Part shown: one piece after another, positions 24,806 through 36,329 of the stretch
Layout of the letters: each line of letters starts with the position of its first letter
Numbering within the stretch: the first letter of the stretch is position 1
Source of the DNA: Azolla caroliniana
Taxonomy: Eukaryota > Plantae > Polypodiophyta
Direction of reading: 5' to 3'
DNA: 64,000 bases
NCBI GenBank assembly: GCA_043228905.1
Contig: JBHGNT010000013.1
Location: forward strand, 9,734,001 to 9,798,000
Position numbers and translations under genes: made by a program
The notes under the pieces: model-generated
Told to the model about the DNA's origin: nothing
The model's database searches: none
The model's input: the letters and a program-made list of their open reading frames with translations, nothing else

Positions 24806-26396
24806 AATATGTCGCGTTGTTACGCGTGTGCGTGCAGAAAGAGGCGGGACCACAGGCTCCATGAACCGAGGAGCGAGAGAGTGAGAAGAGAAGAGAAGAG
24901 AAGTCCTGCAGATACACAACAGGGAGAAGGAAAGAGAAACAAATGGCACGCTTAATTACAGTAACAATAGATTACAATATTCAAAGATTGCCAACTCCGA
25001 CGATTACAATCGGCAAGGCGGCGATGGACCCGACACGGGGACCCTACTCACACACACAGACAGAACACACTCGACTCAAAGAAACAAAAGGGGGAGAGCC
25101 TCTGCTGGAAGCACACGGGTTGTCCACGAAGCAGAGGCAGCGAACTCCTGACACCCACAGAGACCGACGATCGGAGGAGAAGAGAGAGCTCGTCACCCAG
25201 TTTTGCAGCAACACTTTGTCCTCGCCAATGCGCGATACCTCTATCTCCCTTCTCTCCCTCCTTAAATAGTTCGCAACCAGGGGGGGTGCCCCCTTTCTCC
25301 CTAGTAAAATCGCTTTATTCTCTGTCCTTTTTGACAGAGATACGCATAATCCCCCAATAAATGAATACTACTTAGTATTTACATCAGCCGATCCATTTAT
25401 GAATCATGTACAAAATATCAAAATGTCAATTCACGTGTCCATCCGTGTAAGAGCCGGTCCATGCGCCCTTTTCTCCGGTTCCGCCTATGGCCGGTTTTCT
25501 TCACGACACCGTTCACCTGCCGCCACCGTCCATCTCTCTAGGTCTGACACCGACTCTCGGGCCGACTGCCGGAGTCTCCGGATCGATGTGAGGATCGTCA
25601 TAGGACCGCCCCATCACTGCCTTTGCCCTCGTCCCCTCACCGCCACCGTCAATCTCTTGGTCTTACATCGGCTATGCTGCTGACTGCCGAAGTCTCTAGA
25701 TCCAGTGTGAAGGATCCTCCTGGGGCCTCTCGTCTTTCCGACCCTATCCCAGGTCTTCCTTCTCCGCATGTCGAGAGTGTGGCTTGCTCCGCACCCTCTC
25801 TCGTGGTACCAATGTACCGTGTTCCAGCCTCTCTGTAGGTCTGCCCCCCTCCCCTTTCTAGATAGGTTATCCGGAAGTCCGCTCTCCCGGTTCTCATCCG
25901 AGCTTGTCCGATCTCTCTCTGCATTACCTGGCGCCGTTCTCTTGCCGCCACCGTCAGTATCTTGGTCTTACGTCGAATCCGATGCTGACCGTCGAAGTCT
26001 CTAGCCCGGTGTGAGGTGACCCATAGGACCAGTCTTCGTTCCTCCTCTTTCCGGATCGGTTATTCGGAAATCCACTCCACCCGGTTCTCGGCCGGGTCCG
26101 CCCGTCACTCTGTATTGTCGGGTCCCGTTCTCCTGCCGCCACCATTAGTATCTTGGTCTTACGTCGGATCCAATGCCGACCGTTGAAGTCTCTAGCCCGT
26201 TCCCTTGCCGCCCTTCACGTCGAGTTCACCAAAGATGTCGCGGTAATCCGCGAGTACGTGTCGAAAGGGGCGGGACGACGGGAGTCTCGGACGAGGAAGA
26301 GAGGGATGCCAGGAAGCCGACTCTCTCTCGGGTCCTGGTTGCACCGGTTGTGGCGCAAACCGGAGCGATTCCAGACATGTACCAAAGGCTGCCGAA

Positions 26397-26437
<41 letters not shown>

Positions 26438-27241
26438 ACATGCGCAACATCGACTCAACACACGCCTCTTATGTACAGGAAATAGAGAGAGAGAGAGAGA
26501 GAGCTCGCGCGCAACACCGACTCAACACACGCCTCTTATGTACAGGAAACAAAAGAAAAGAAACGCATCCGACACCAATAGAGACACGAATATGCACAAC
26601 CTTATATATATATATAATCACAGGAGCAAGATACAACTCTGGCTCCGAGCCGGACAAAGGTAGGTTAAGTTACAACAACAGTTTGTTGCCAAGCCGCCGA
26701 TCGGGGAGCTCTCGGGCTCGTCGCGCCGAGCGGGGTCTTGCATAGGAGACCGAGCAGAAGCAAACCCCACAGGACATACAAGCCCTTCACTAGACTAAAC
26801 CCTAAACAAACACGAAGAAGAAGACCTCAAAGAAACTCTAAGTAAGAAAAAGAAGAACTAACACACCTTCGACCTAAGTGGTATACCCTCCTAACTCAAA
26901 ATGGGCAACCCCTTTACAAGGGACCCTCCATTCCTTTTATAGAATAAGGAGGGAGGTGCCTAACAATGTGGGATAAATCTCGCATTACATTGGATTCTTT
27001 GTCCCAACTTAACTCCTATTCGGTGCCATAAAGTCGCCCTTATTATTTGCACGTATACACAAGGGTGGGTGCCCACGTTGCACCCCGCCGATGTTCCCAT
27101 TATTCCCGGTTTTCTCGCTAAGGCCAGGAATCTTCACGACAACGTGAGATCATGATATCGATTAATGTTGGCCCATGATATGTTTACATCACGACTATTT
27201 GTCTGACCTTATCCTATTTCTTTGCCAGAAATTATCATTCA

Positions 27242-30200
27242 ATGGCTCATAATAACGACCCGATGTCATTCGCTCAAGCGGAAGGAACTCAAGGAAATCC
27301 TCCTAGGCCAATCTCCATTGAGTCGTATTTCTTACAAATACAAAATTTCCTTAGTTCAACCGCTCATCAGATGTCCGAACTTCAGCAATCTCATAGTGCT
27401 CTCGAGGCACGTGCGATTAGTTTACAACGTGACACTAATAGACCTTATGAGCATCAGGGTGAACCATCATTTGTCATAAAGTCATTTACGGGAGAAAAAA
27501 AGGAAAGAACCGAAGAAGGAATCTGCACATGGCTGGGCCGATGGGAGTCTCATTTTGAGCTCTATCCCATGCCGGATAGTACGAAGATTGCATATGGTGG
27601 CCGAGAACTAGGGGGTAAGGTCGCCGCCTGGTGGCGTGGGCTCCGAACTTTGGGGAAATTGCCCGATACCTAGACAGATTTCCTCACAATTTTCAAGGGC
27701 CAATTTTTGCAACCTCCCTCTCGAACCGAGGCAGGATAAGCTTTAATGAACCTCTCTAGCAGGAAGTTTTCCTCGCTAGAAGACTATTATCACCATGCTA
27801 GAACCCAAATCCAAAAATCGGGTATATAAGGGGACAATTGGTTGATAGCTTGTTTTGTCAATGGCATCCCCAATTCGAACGATCACTGGATAGTGCACGA
27901 TAAGGATCCAAAATCCTTTGAAGAGGCTGTCGAAAGAGTTCTTCGCTATCAACACACTTCGAAGAAGGACCATAACAAACCCAACGAAGTGCCCAAGACT
28001 AAGTTGTCACAATTCGCTGGGAAACACAAGACACCCAACGAATTCATGGATCGCGATTGTAAGTGACATCATCCTTTTTGCGTATTCTACAGAAAGAAGG
28101 GTCATACAAAAGAGCAATGTCGAAAGCTTCAATGGAAAGAGCACGACAGCAAAACAAAAGGTGTAGACCATAAAGGTCAGATTCCTAGGGTCCTTTAGGC
28201 CTATATACATCATTTAAGTAATTGTTAATGTTCTTTCCCTCACTATGCATTGGGACCCAATGATTTACTACGTGCAAACGGGTATATCAATGGATCTCCC
28301 GTACAATTTTTGTTTGATTCGAGTAGCTCACACAACTTTGTGAATGATCGTTTGGTTCAGATATGGGGAATCCAACCCATCGTAAGTGATCACACATATA
28401 AGGTGCACTTGCCTGATGGAAGAGTACAGTACATCAACGGGGCGATTCACTCATTAGGAATTTCTATTGATACTTATATAGAGGAAGTAGACTTCCATGT
28501 AATGAATCTTTGTACCACTGATGTAATACTGGGTTATCCATGGTTTTATAATAAAAACTCTTCTTTGTCTATTGATTAGGTTCACCATTCCATTTCCTTT
28601 GTACTGAACGATTGTACTCATTTTATTCAATGTGTAAATCAACAATCTCTTTCGATTGTTTCCTCTCCATCAATATCCGAGTTGTCTTGGTCTTCTTTAT
28701 TTTATTGTGTACTTGATCCGAACATTCACGTTTATAATATAGATAATGTCTCAGATCAATTATCATATTTTAAACAACAACTCAATGAAATCTTAAATGA
28801 TTTTCGTGATGTTTTTCCGAGTGAACTACCACATGAGTTACGTCCTAAACGTAATATAGACCATCGTATAGATATTGTACTTAGCATTGCACCAATAAGT
28901 ATACCTCCTTATCGCTTAAGTCGATCTGAAGAGGATGAGGTATCTAAGCAACTCAAGGACTATTTACGAATGGGTTATATACGCTATAGTAAATCTCCGT
29001 GGGGTGCACCTGTTCTCTTGGTAAAAAAGAAAGAGGGCACATGGCGTATGTGTATTAATTACTGACGCTTGAATAAAGTGACGATCAAGGATTCGTATCC
29101 ATTGCCCCAAATTGACAATCTAATTGACATCTCTAGGGAGCTCAGTATTTTACAAAAGTTGATCTCCGTACAGGCTACCATCAAATTCGTATAAGTGAGG
29201 AAGATGTTCCTAAAACGTCATTTCGTACGCGCTATGGCCATTACGAGTTTTTGGTCATGCCTTTCAGTTTGACCAATGCTCCAGCCACATGTCAACAAGA
29301 AATGAATGACATTTTTCGAGAACAACTTGGAAAATTTGTCATTATTTTATTGGATGATATTCTAGTTTATAGTCGTACATGAGAAGAACATGCTAAACAT
29401 GTCTTCTTTGTTTTACAAACATTGCGCAACAAACAATTCTACGCGAAGATCTCAAAATGCGGGTTCTTCAAGAAATCAATTACTTATCTTGGACATCTCA
29501 TAACCGAACGAGGAGTTGAAATTCATCCTTCTCGCATCGAGAAAGTCAAACTTTGGCCCACTCTTCGGAATATTCAAGAAGTTCGATCATTCCTTGGTTT
29601 TGTCGGGTTTTTGCGAAAATCCCTTCGTCATTACTCCCAATTGACGACGTCGTTTACTGATCTTCTAAAAGGTCAAACATGTAAGTCTACAAAACCTATT
29701 ATGTAGAATGCTACATTAGACTATGCCTTTAAGGAACTCAATGACTTGGTGTGCAAGGCTCCTTCACTTCTTTTACCCGATCCTTCAAAACCTTTAGAGG
29801 TTGAAACTGATGCAAGCGATTATGCTATAAGTGTTGTCTTATATCAAGATGGTAAACCAATAACATTCGAGAGTAAGAAACTTGATTCTGCTCAATGTCG
29901 GTATACCGTTCAAGAAAATGGATTATTTGCAGTTATACATGCGCTCAAAACATGGCGCCATTATCTTTATGGAAATCGTTTTGTGGTAACTACGAACCAC
30001 GAGTCCTTGAAATATTTCTGTGACCAACAAGACCTGAAAGGTCGTAAGACACGATGAGCTGATCTCATCCAGGACTTTGATTTTTCCATACGATATCGTA
30101 AAGGTTCATGAACATTGTCGCTGATGCATTAAGTCACATCTGTGAAGTTAACATGCTTAGCTTCACAGAAATAACATCAGATCTTTATGATCACCTTCGA

Positions 30201-30420
30201 GGAAAGTATCTTGATGATAGTTATTTTGCGAAATATTAGGCAAGAGTTGAGTCTGGAACAGACACCACCACATCCCCGACGGAATCCTTCCACATTGCTA
30301 ACGGTCTGCTCTACCATAATGGGAAGGTTTGTGTTCCAAATTTGCTTGAGGTCAAAAAGAGAATTCTTTTTGAATGCCATGATGCACCCTCAGCAGGGCA
30401 CCCCGGAATACATCGTACAC
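27242..30420 (+). pseudogene. gag-pol of the chromovirus-like Ty3/gypsy, decayed and truncated after the first two His of the integrase zinc finger
   Basis: gag FTGE...VAAWWRGL. Protease QFLFDSSSSHNFV. RT FRDVFPSELP, SKSPWGAPVLLVKKKEGTWRMCINY and LDDILVYS. RNaseH EVETDASDYA. Integrase ECHDAPSAGHPGIHRT. Many premature stops. Confidence 0.92.
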
Positions 30421-30637
30421 TCTTTCTCTCCCGCGTACAGTCTTTGTGTGATTAAGCTTTCCATTAAACTTGTGTATATTCTCTGTTGCTATACGATGAA
30501 GCCGGTTTCATCGACAAGCTTCTGCACACTACTTTTTACATGGTATCAGAGCGCGAGGGTTGAGAAACTCTATTGTCAACAAGCGATTTCCATAGACAAA
30601 CCGTAACTTCCGGAAAAGCACAAACCGAAAAGAACGG

Positions 30638-33600
30638 TGTCGCGTTATTACGCGCGTGCGTGGAGAAGGGCGGAACCACGGGGGTCTTGGACTAAGGAGA
30701 AGGGGAGAAGGAATAGGACTTCGGAATGGAGCTTAGCACAAGAAGAGAAAGAATGAACAAGAGGAAGATGGAGGCCAAATGCTCAACAAGATATATTAGA
30801 ACTGAAAACCGATTACAAAATGGCGGCCGCGTAGGCCGCACCGAACGACTATGATAAACCCCGAAACCCTAATCCGACGAAGAAGAAAAGAAACCCTAAC
30901 TAAGGAACCCTAAACGAAACCCTAACCCTAAAACGAAATGGTATACCTCACTCACACTCAAAAATAAGGCAACCCCCACAATGGTGTTCTTCCTCTCCTT
31001 TTATAGCACAAGGAGAGAAGACCGTTTCCAAAAGGGTGCTACAAAATATCCCCTTTTCAATCAATGGGGATATTTCCCTTGATTTTAGGGGAGGTGGGAA
31101 GGATGGGTCTTAACTCCCACCTCTACACGAACTACCACGTACCTATCTCTCTCTCTCACGTGGATGTGCGCGCAAAAGCACATCACCTTTACCCTTTACA
31201 AATCCTAAGGTGCATTTCTAGCACCTTACTTATCACTATCGATAAATAGAAATACAACATGTTGATGTGCAACGTTGCACATCGCGGGTTTGCTTGCTTC
31301 GCTCGGTTTTCCGCCTATGGACGAAAATCTTCACGACATCCGCCCCCACCTAACCGCACATCCACCGGTATGTGCCAAAAGGGGAACAAAATGCGAGATT
31401 TTCGGCCAAGGCGGCCAACCGAGCCCTTGACAACCTCGTGGGCTTGCCCGGCTTCGTCTTCCACCCCGTCCACACGAACCACCGTCGCCTTCCGGCCCAC
31501 CACCTTCGTCGAATGGTCTCGAACCGTCGGCCCCATCCGATCCGCCACACTCGACGACGCTCGCCGAGTCGTTGCCTCCACTTGATCCGCCACGTCCACC
31601 GTGTTTCCTCGAACCACCGACTACACTCGGACCGCCATATCCGATGCCCGCGCTTTCCTCCCCGTTCGGTCCTCCCGAACGCCGTTGCCGACCCTTTGTC
31701 CGCCTCGCATATCCTCCGGATCCGCCTTTTGCGCACCTCGTCGTGCCGACTCTTCTCGCTCCGCGCTCGCCTTCCGTAGGCTTTCCCCGTACGTCGGTGT
31801 CGTCCTCCGAATGTGTGCTCGTGCTTCGGTCCTTCGATGACCCCATCACGCATTTTTCGCCTTCCCTTTGCTTGTCGTGCTCTCTCGCCGTAGAGCATAC
31901 CATCGTTCCCGTGCTCGTTGCTTGGCCCTCATGCGGCCGTAATGCACGTTTCGCATTCCGCTCCTCTTCGCGTACCCTTTCGGAAAGGTACCCCTCTTCC
32001 CCGACCTCCGTTTCGCTCGGAGGAACACCCTCTTGGCCCTCTTGGCCCGCTTGACCGCACACATCCTTCGTGATGTCGTGTTCGTTCTTTTGGGCGCATA
32101 CATCTTCGTTCTCCGCGACCTCCCGTATGCCTCTCTCGGTGCCTTCATCCGTTGTGGCCTTCGTCCCCTCGCCGCCACCGTCCGCCACTCTTGATCTCAC
32201 ATCGGCACTCGCGCCGACCGCCGGAGTCTCTATAGCCGGTGTGGAGGATCCCTCTCGGGCCTTATCTTCGTGGCCGCCGGTCTTAGCCTCTCCGTAGGCC
32301 ACCTCTTCCCACCAATCTTCCCTAGCATCGTGCCAGGTCTCGTCGTCGCCGCCTTCCTCCTCGTATTCGCCTCTCGAAGGCGTGATCCGACCGTCATCTT
32401 CGGTCGCTCGATGTGGCTCCTTCGTAGGCATGCTTGTGTCTTGGCCCTCCATCGGCCGTATTGCATGCATCTCGTCTCGCTCTTCCGCCGTAGACTCGAC
32501 CTCCGTGTCGGTCTTCTCCTCCTTTGTCGCCGTAGCCCGTTCCGACATGGGCTCGCCGTCTTGGACCCACCCGTCCACGATCTCGTACCGGATATCCGTT
32601 CCGGTAACCTCGTACGCTCCGGTCTCCGACTCCTCGCCGCCACTCGCCGTTTCTCCGGTCTTATGTTGATCCGCAACCGCCGTAGTCTCTAGAGTGGGTA
32701 TGGAGGGTCTCGTTTGTTTCCGTTTTTCCCCCGAACCATGGTCGTCGTGCCCGGTTAGCCTCCATCTCGCGCTTACCGGCTCCCATCGTAACCGTAACCG
32801 TAACCGGCCAATCGGTCTCGCCGGCTTCCTTCGGTTTGGGCCCGGTTCGCCGGCCCTTACTCTCTTCTTCTTCCGTGCCGTATTCCGGTCGGGTCGGTTC
32901 CCGACTCTCTCCTCGTTTCCGCTCCGGTCCTCTCCGTCGGACCCACCGTATACGCCCATTCCGGGCCCCGCATACTCGTCTTCGTATGCGCTCTCTCCGG
33001 GCCTCACCTCCTCACGGTCATCGCCCACCTCTTCGGTCTCACGTTGGCATTCGAGCACAACCGCCGAAGTCTCCGGCCCCGGTGTCAAGGGGTCTTGCCT
33101 CCGTCCGCTCCAATCTTCCTTCTCGTTTCCGTTGCCCGCCTTGCCGCCGTCACCTCCCGTCGCACTAAGCCTCATGCCGGCACTCGGGCCGGCCATTGGA
33201 GCCTCTAGGATTGGTGTGGGTAAGGACCCGGCACCGCCGCTTGTTGTCTCCGTAGCCGCTTTTGTTCGGACGTCGTTGTCCGCGGCTCCCCCATCTCCGA
33301 TTCCGTAAGCCTCTAGTATGCTTGCCACCACCTCTTCTTCGCCGTTCTCCGCGTCATTTTGTTTGCCCGCCTTGCCGCCGCCACCGCCCGTCGTTCTAGG
33401 TCTCGTGCCGGCACTCGGGCCGACCGCCGAAGCCTCTAGGATTGGTGTGGGTAAGGACCCGGCACCGCCGCTCGCCTCCTCTCCACTCGATGTTTTGGGC
33501 CGCCGTGCCCCGAATCTTCCGCCCACTTTCGAAGTGGCGCTCTCCGCTTTGTAGTCACCGGCCTCATCCTTGGCCGTCCATTCGCCGCAAGACGAGAGGG

Positions 33601-36315
33601 TTGCTCGCTCCGCACCCTCTCCCATGCCGTCGTCGTTTCGGTTGCCCGCCTTGCCGCCGCCACCGTCCGTCACTCTAGGCCTCTCGCCGGCTCTCGGGCC
33701 GGGTGCCGGAGTCTCTAGGACCGGTGTGTGGAAGGTCGCGACACCACCACTCCTCTCGTCCGTAGCCACCTCCATTCGAACATCGTCGTCCGTGGCTACC
33801 CCGTCTTCGGTTTCGCAAGCATCGAGTATGCTTGCCGCCGCCTCTTCTTCGCCGGACTCGTCCTTATCTCGGTTGTCCGCCTTGCCGCCGCCACCGTCCG
33901 TAGCTCTAGGTCTCGTGCCGGCACTCGGGCCGACCGCCGAAGCCTCTAAGGCCGGTGTGTGGAAGGTCGCGACACCGACACTCGTCTCCTCTTCCTCCTC
34001 CATTTCGCAAGCCTCGAGTATGCTCGCGAAATCCTCGTAGAACGTTTCGGGCAACCGCGTCCCGAAACTTCCGCCCACTCTCGAAGTGGCGTCCATCGCT
34101 CCGTAGATATCGGCCTCGTCCATGGCCGTTCTTTTTCCCCGAGATGAGACGGTCGCTTGCCCCGCACCTTCTCTCGTGTCGACACCGTGGTCGCCCGCCT
34201 TGCCACCGCCACCGCCTTTCACCATAGGTCTTACGCGGGCACTCGGGCCGGCCGCCGTGATCTCTAGGAATGACGCGTGTAAGGTCGCGTGACCGCCGCT
34301 CGTCGATGTAATGTCCGTAGCCACCTCCGCTCGAACGTCGTTGTCCGTGGCTACCCCGCCTCCGTATATGCAAGCATCGGTTATGCTTGCCGCCGCCTCT
34401 TCCGCGGTCTCCTTACCGTTGTCTCGGTTGCCCGCCTTGCCGCCGCCACCGTTCTTTTCCCTCGGTCTCACGCGGGCGCTCGGGCCGGCCGCCGGGGTCT
34501 CTTGAACCGGTGCGTGGAAGGTTGCGGTACCGCCGCTTGTCTCCTCCGTACTCGATGATTCGGGCCGCCATGTCCCGAATCCGCCATGTCCACTCGAATC
34601 GGCGATCGCCGCCTCACCGTCCCCGACCTCGTCCTCGGTCGTTCTTTCCCCCCATGTCGAGAGGGCGGCTCGCTCCGCACCCTCTCCCGTGGTACCGATG
34701 CACCATTCTCTTTCGGCCTCCGCATAGGCCCCGTCCTCCATGTGTGAGGAAGCTCCTTCCTCCGATCCGCTCGGGCCCGACCCCGCAATAAGCCATTCTT
34801 CGGCTTCGATTTTCGCCATTACGAGCCCGCACGCCTCCCGTATTAGCGCTTGTAGGTCGAGCCCCTCCAAACCGGTTCGCGATGAGCTCTCGTCCGGCGG
34901 CATGGCGTAGTCGGTCGTCGCTCTCTCTTCTCCCCCGCTCGCGGGCCGTGTTGTGGCCGACCGCCTCGCCTCGTGTTGCCGACACACCCATTCCACTTCG
35001 GGCCACTCCTCGGTGAGACCATGCGCCCCATAATCGTCTTGAAGCTCGAACATGATGTCCATCCTCTCCTCATGATGGACCGTCTCCAAAAATAGGAGGA
35101 CTTTGTCCGCCCCCACCGATCTTCGTTCCCACTCCGAGAGTTGAGAGAAACGACGCTCGAACTCTCGGAATGCCTCTATTGCGCTCCGATGGCGCCTCGC
35201 CGACGCCATCCACCGATCGAACTCTCGCCGACCTCTTACCTCCGATTCCGCGCACCCGTATGCCTCCATTAGAGCCCTTTCAAAGGACTCCCACGATTCG
35301 TGAGCTTCTTGGAGCTCCTTGACCTCCTCGTACTTTGATGCGGCCGCCGCTCGACGAAAGAACTCTAGCCTCGTCGCTTCGTCCACGCCCATCCCCGTCA
35401 TTTCCGCATCGTAGGCTCTCAAAAATTTTGGGACCTCCTTCCCATCGAACCGGCCGACTAGACGGACCACCCTTTCGACCGCTTGTTGAGCCGCCTCTCG
35501 CCTCGCCCTCTTCCGTCCGGCGTCCATCAAGATCTTTGTCATCATCTCCTCGAAGTCGAAGCCTTCCTCCATCTCTTTCTCCCTTGCCGCCCTTCACGTC
35601 GGGTTCACCAAAGATGTCGCGTTATTACGCGCGTGCGTGGAGAAGGGCGGAACCACGGGGGTCTTGGACTAAGGAGAAGGGGAGAAGGAATAGGACTTCG
35701 GAATGGAGCTTAGCACAAGAAGAGAAAGAATGAACAAGAGGAAGATGGAGGCCAAATGCTCAACAAGATATATTAGAACTGAAAACCGATTACAAAATGG
35801 CGGCCGCGTAGGCCGCACCGAACGACTATGATAAACCCCGAAACCCTAATCCGACGAAGAAGAAAAGAAACCCTAACTAAGGAACCCTAAACGAAACCCT
35901 AACCCTAAAACGAAATGGTATACCTCACTCACACTCAAAAATAAGGCAACCCCCACAATGGTGTTCTTCCTCTCCTTTTATAGCACAAGGAGAGAAGACC
36001 GTTTCCAAAAGGGTGCTACAAAATATCCCCTTTTCAATCAATGGGGATATTTCCCTTGATTTTAGGGGAGGTGGGAAGGATGGGTCTTAACTCCCACCTC
36101 TACACGAACTACCACGTACCTATCTCTCTCTCTCACGTGGATGTGCGCGCAAAAGCACATCACCTTTACACTTTACAAATCCTAAGGTGCATTTCTAGCA
36201 CCTTACTTATCACTATCGATAAATAGAAATACAACATGTTGATGTGCAACGTTGCACATCGCGGGTTTGCTTGCTTCGCTCGGTTTTCCGCCTATGGACG
36301 AAAATCTTCACGACA
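30638..36315 (-). mobile_element. Element B: very young pol-less (gag-only) Trp-primed LTR element
   Basis: 701-bp LTRs at 30638-31338 and 35615-36315 with one difference seen by eye (31193 c versus 36170 a). TSD ACGG (30634-30637 and 36316-36319). Perfect Trp PBS at 35594-35610. Confidence 0.95.
31331..35572 (-). CDS. 1413-aa Gag-capsid-like protein with a long Gly/Ala/Thr/Glu-rich repeat tail; no PR, RT, RH or INT
   Basis: The N-terminal ~200 aa align by eye with the gag of E (VGRFDGKEVPKFLRAYDAEM / IGRFRGKDATSYLEAYRAEM; EFERRFSQL / EFEKRFARL; KVLLFLETV / RVLLFVKSV). At least six copies of GGxATFHTPxLExxAxGPSAxxRPRxTDGGGGKAG follow. The stop is the TGA inside the LTR start TGTCGTGA. Confidence 0.85.
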   Translation of the reverse strand: MEEGFDFEEMMTKILMDAGRKRARREAAQQAVERVVRLVGRFDGKEVPKFLRAYDAEMTGMGVDEATRLEFFRRAAAASKYEEVKELQEAHESWESFERALMEAYGCAESEVRGRREFDRWMASARRHRSAIEAFREFERRFSQLSEWERRSVGADKVLLFLETVHHEERMDIMFELQDDYGAHGLTEEWPEVEWVCRQHEARRSATTRPASGGEERATTDYAMPPDESSSRTGLEGLDLQALIREACGLVMAKIEAEEWLIAGSGPSGSEEGASSHMEDGAYAEAEREWCIGTTGEGAERAALSTWGERTTEDEVGDGEAAIADSSGHGGFGTWRPESSSTEETSGGTATFHAPVQETPAAGPSARVRPREKNGGGGKAGNRDNGKETAEEAAASITDACIYGGGVATDNDVRAEVATDITSTSGGHATLHASFLEITAAGPSARVRPMVKGGGGGKAGDHGVDTREGAGQATVSSRGKRTAMDEADIYGAMDATSRVGGSFGTRLPETFYEDFASILEACEMEEEEETSVGVATFHTPALEASAVGPSAGTRPRATDGGGGKADNRDKDESGEEEAAASILDACETEDGVATDDDVRMEVATDERSGGVATFHTPVLETPAPGPRAGERPRVTDGGGGKAGNRNDDGMGEGAERATLSSCGEWTAKDEAGDYKAESATSKVGGRFGARRPKTSSGEEASGGAGSLPTPILEASAVGPSAGTRPRTTGGGGGKAGKQNDAENGEEEVVASILEAYGIGDGGAADNDVRTKAATETTSGGAGSLPTPILEAPMAGPSAGMRLSATGGDGGKAGNGNEKEDWSGRRQDPLTPGPETSAVVLECQRETEEVGDDREEVRPGESAYEDEYAGPGMGVYGGSDGEDRSGNEERVGNRPDRNTARKKKRVRAGEPGPNRRKPARPIGRLRLRLRWEPVSARWRLTGHDDHGSGEKRKQTRPSIPTLETTAVADQHKTGETASGGEESETGAYEVTGTDIRYEIVDGWVQDGEPMSERATATKEEKTDTEVESTAEERDEMHAIRPMEGQDTSMPTKEPHRATEDDGRITPSRGEYEEEGGDDETWHDAREDWWEEVAYGEAKTGGHEDKAREGSSTPAIETPAVGASADVRSRVADGGGEGTKATTDEGTERGIREVAENEDVCAQKNEHDITKDVCGQAGQEGQEGVPPSETEVGEEGYLSERVREEERNAKRALRPHEGQATSTGTMVCSTAREHDKQREGEKCVMGSSKDRSTSTHSEDDTDVRGKPTEGERGARRVGTTRCAKGGSGGYARRTKGRQRRSGGPNGEESAGIGYGGPSVVGGSRKHGGRGGSSGGNDSASVVECGGSDGADGSRPFDEGGGPEGDGGSCGRGGRRSRASPRGCQGLGWPPWPKISHFVPLLAHTGGCAVRWGRMS

Positions 36316-36329
36316 ACGGGTTGAAGAAA

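Larger units (their letters stand above)
18170..25508 (-). mobile_element. Element E: full-length gag-pol Ty3/gypsy (non-chromovirus, Trp-primed), mutated
   Basis: LTRs at 18170-18878 and 24810-25508. TSD CCGT (18166-18169 and 25509-25512). PBS at 24789-24805 is complementary to the tRNA-Trp 3' end TCACGTCGGGTTCACCA. Domain order is gag-PR-RT-RH-INT. Confidence 0.95.
13258..27141 (-). mobile_element. Element C: non-autonomous Trp-primed LTR element hosting D and E
   Basis: LTRs are 13258-17252 (interrupted by D at 13274-16398) and 26236-27141. TSD is ACGT (13254-13257 and 27142-27145). PBS is at 26215-26231 with one mismatch. Its own interior (17253-18169 plus 25509-26214) holds only decayed repeat-tail sequence. 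Confidence 0.9.
9057..30420 (+). mobile_element. Chromovirus-like Ty3/gypsy element (5' LTR 9057-9626, Met PBS), split by nested insertions A and C(D,E) and truncated in integrase
   Basis: The LTR has inverted ends TGTTAGA...TCTAACA and is followed by TGGTATCAGAGC. The leader is interrupted at 10194 and 13258 and resumes after the ACGT TSD at 27142, leading to gag-pol at 27242. Linking this LTR to this pol is inference, supported by the joined pol/LTR fragment at 51155-51630. Confidence 0.7.

Noticed and set aside
31372-35733. Many overlapping plus-strand and alternative-frame ORFs over element B (likewise over A, C, E and ORF 48373-49560 over F)
   Set aside because: These are shadow ORFs from GC-rich or strand-biased, stop-poor sequence antisense to the real frame, with no recognisable motifs.
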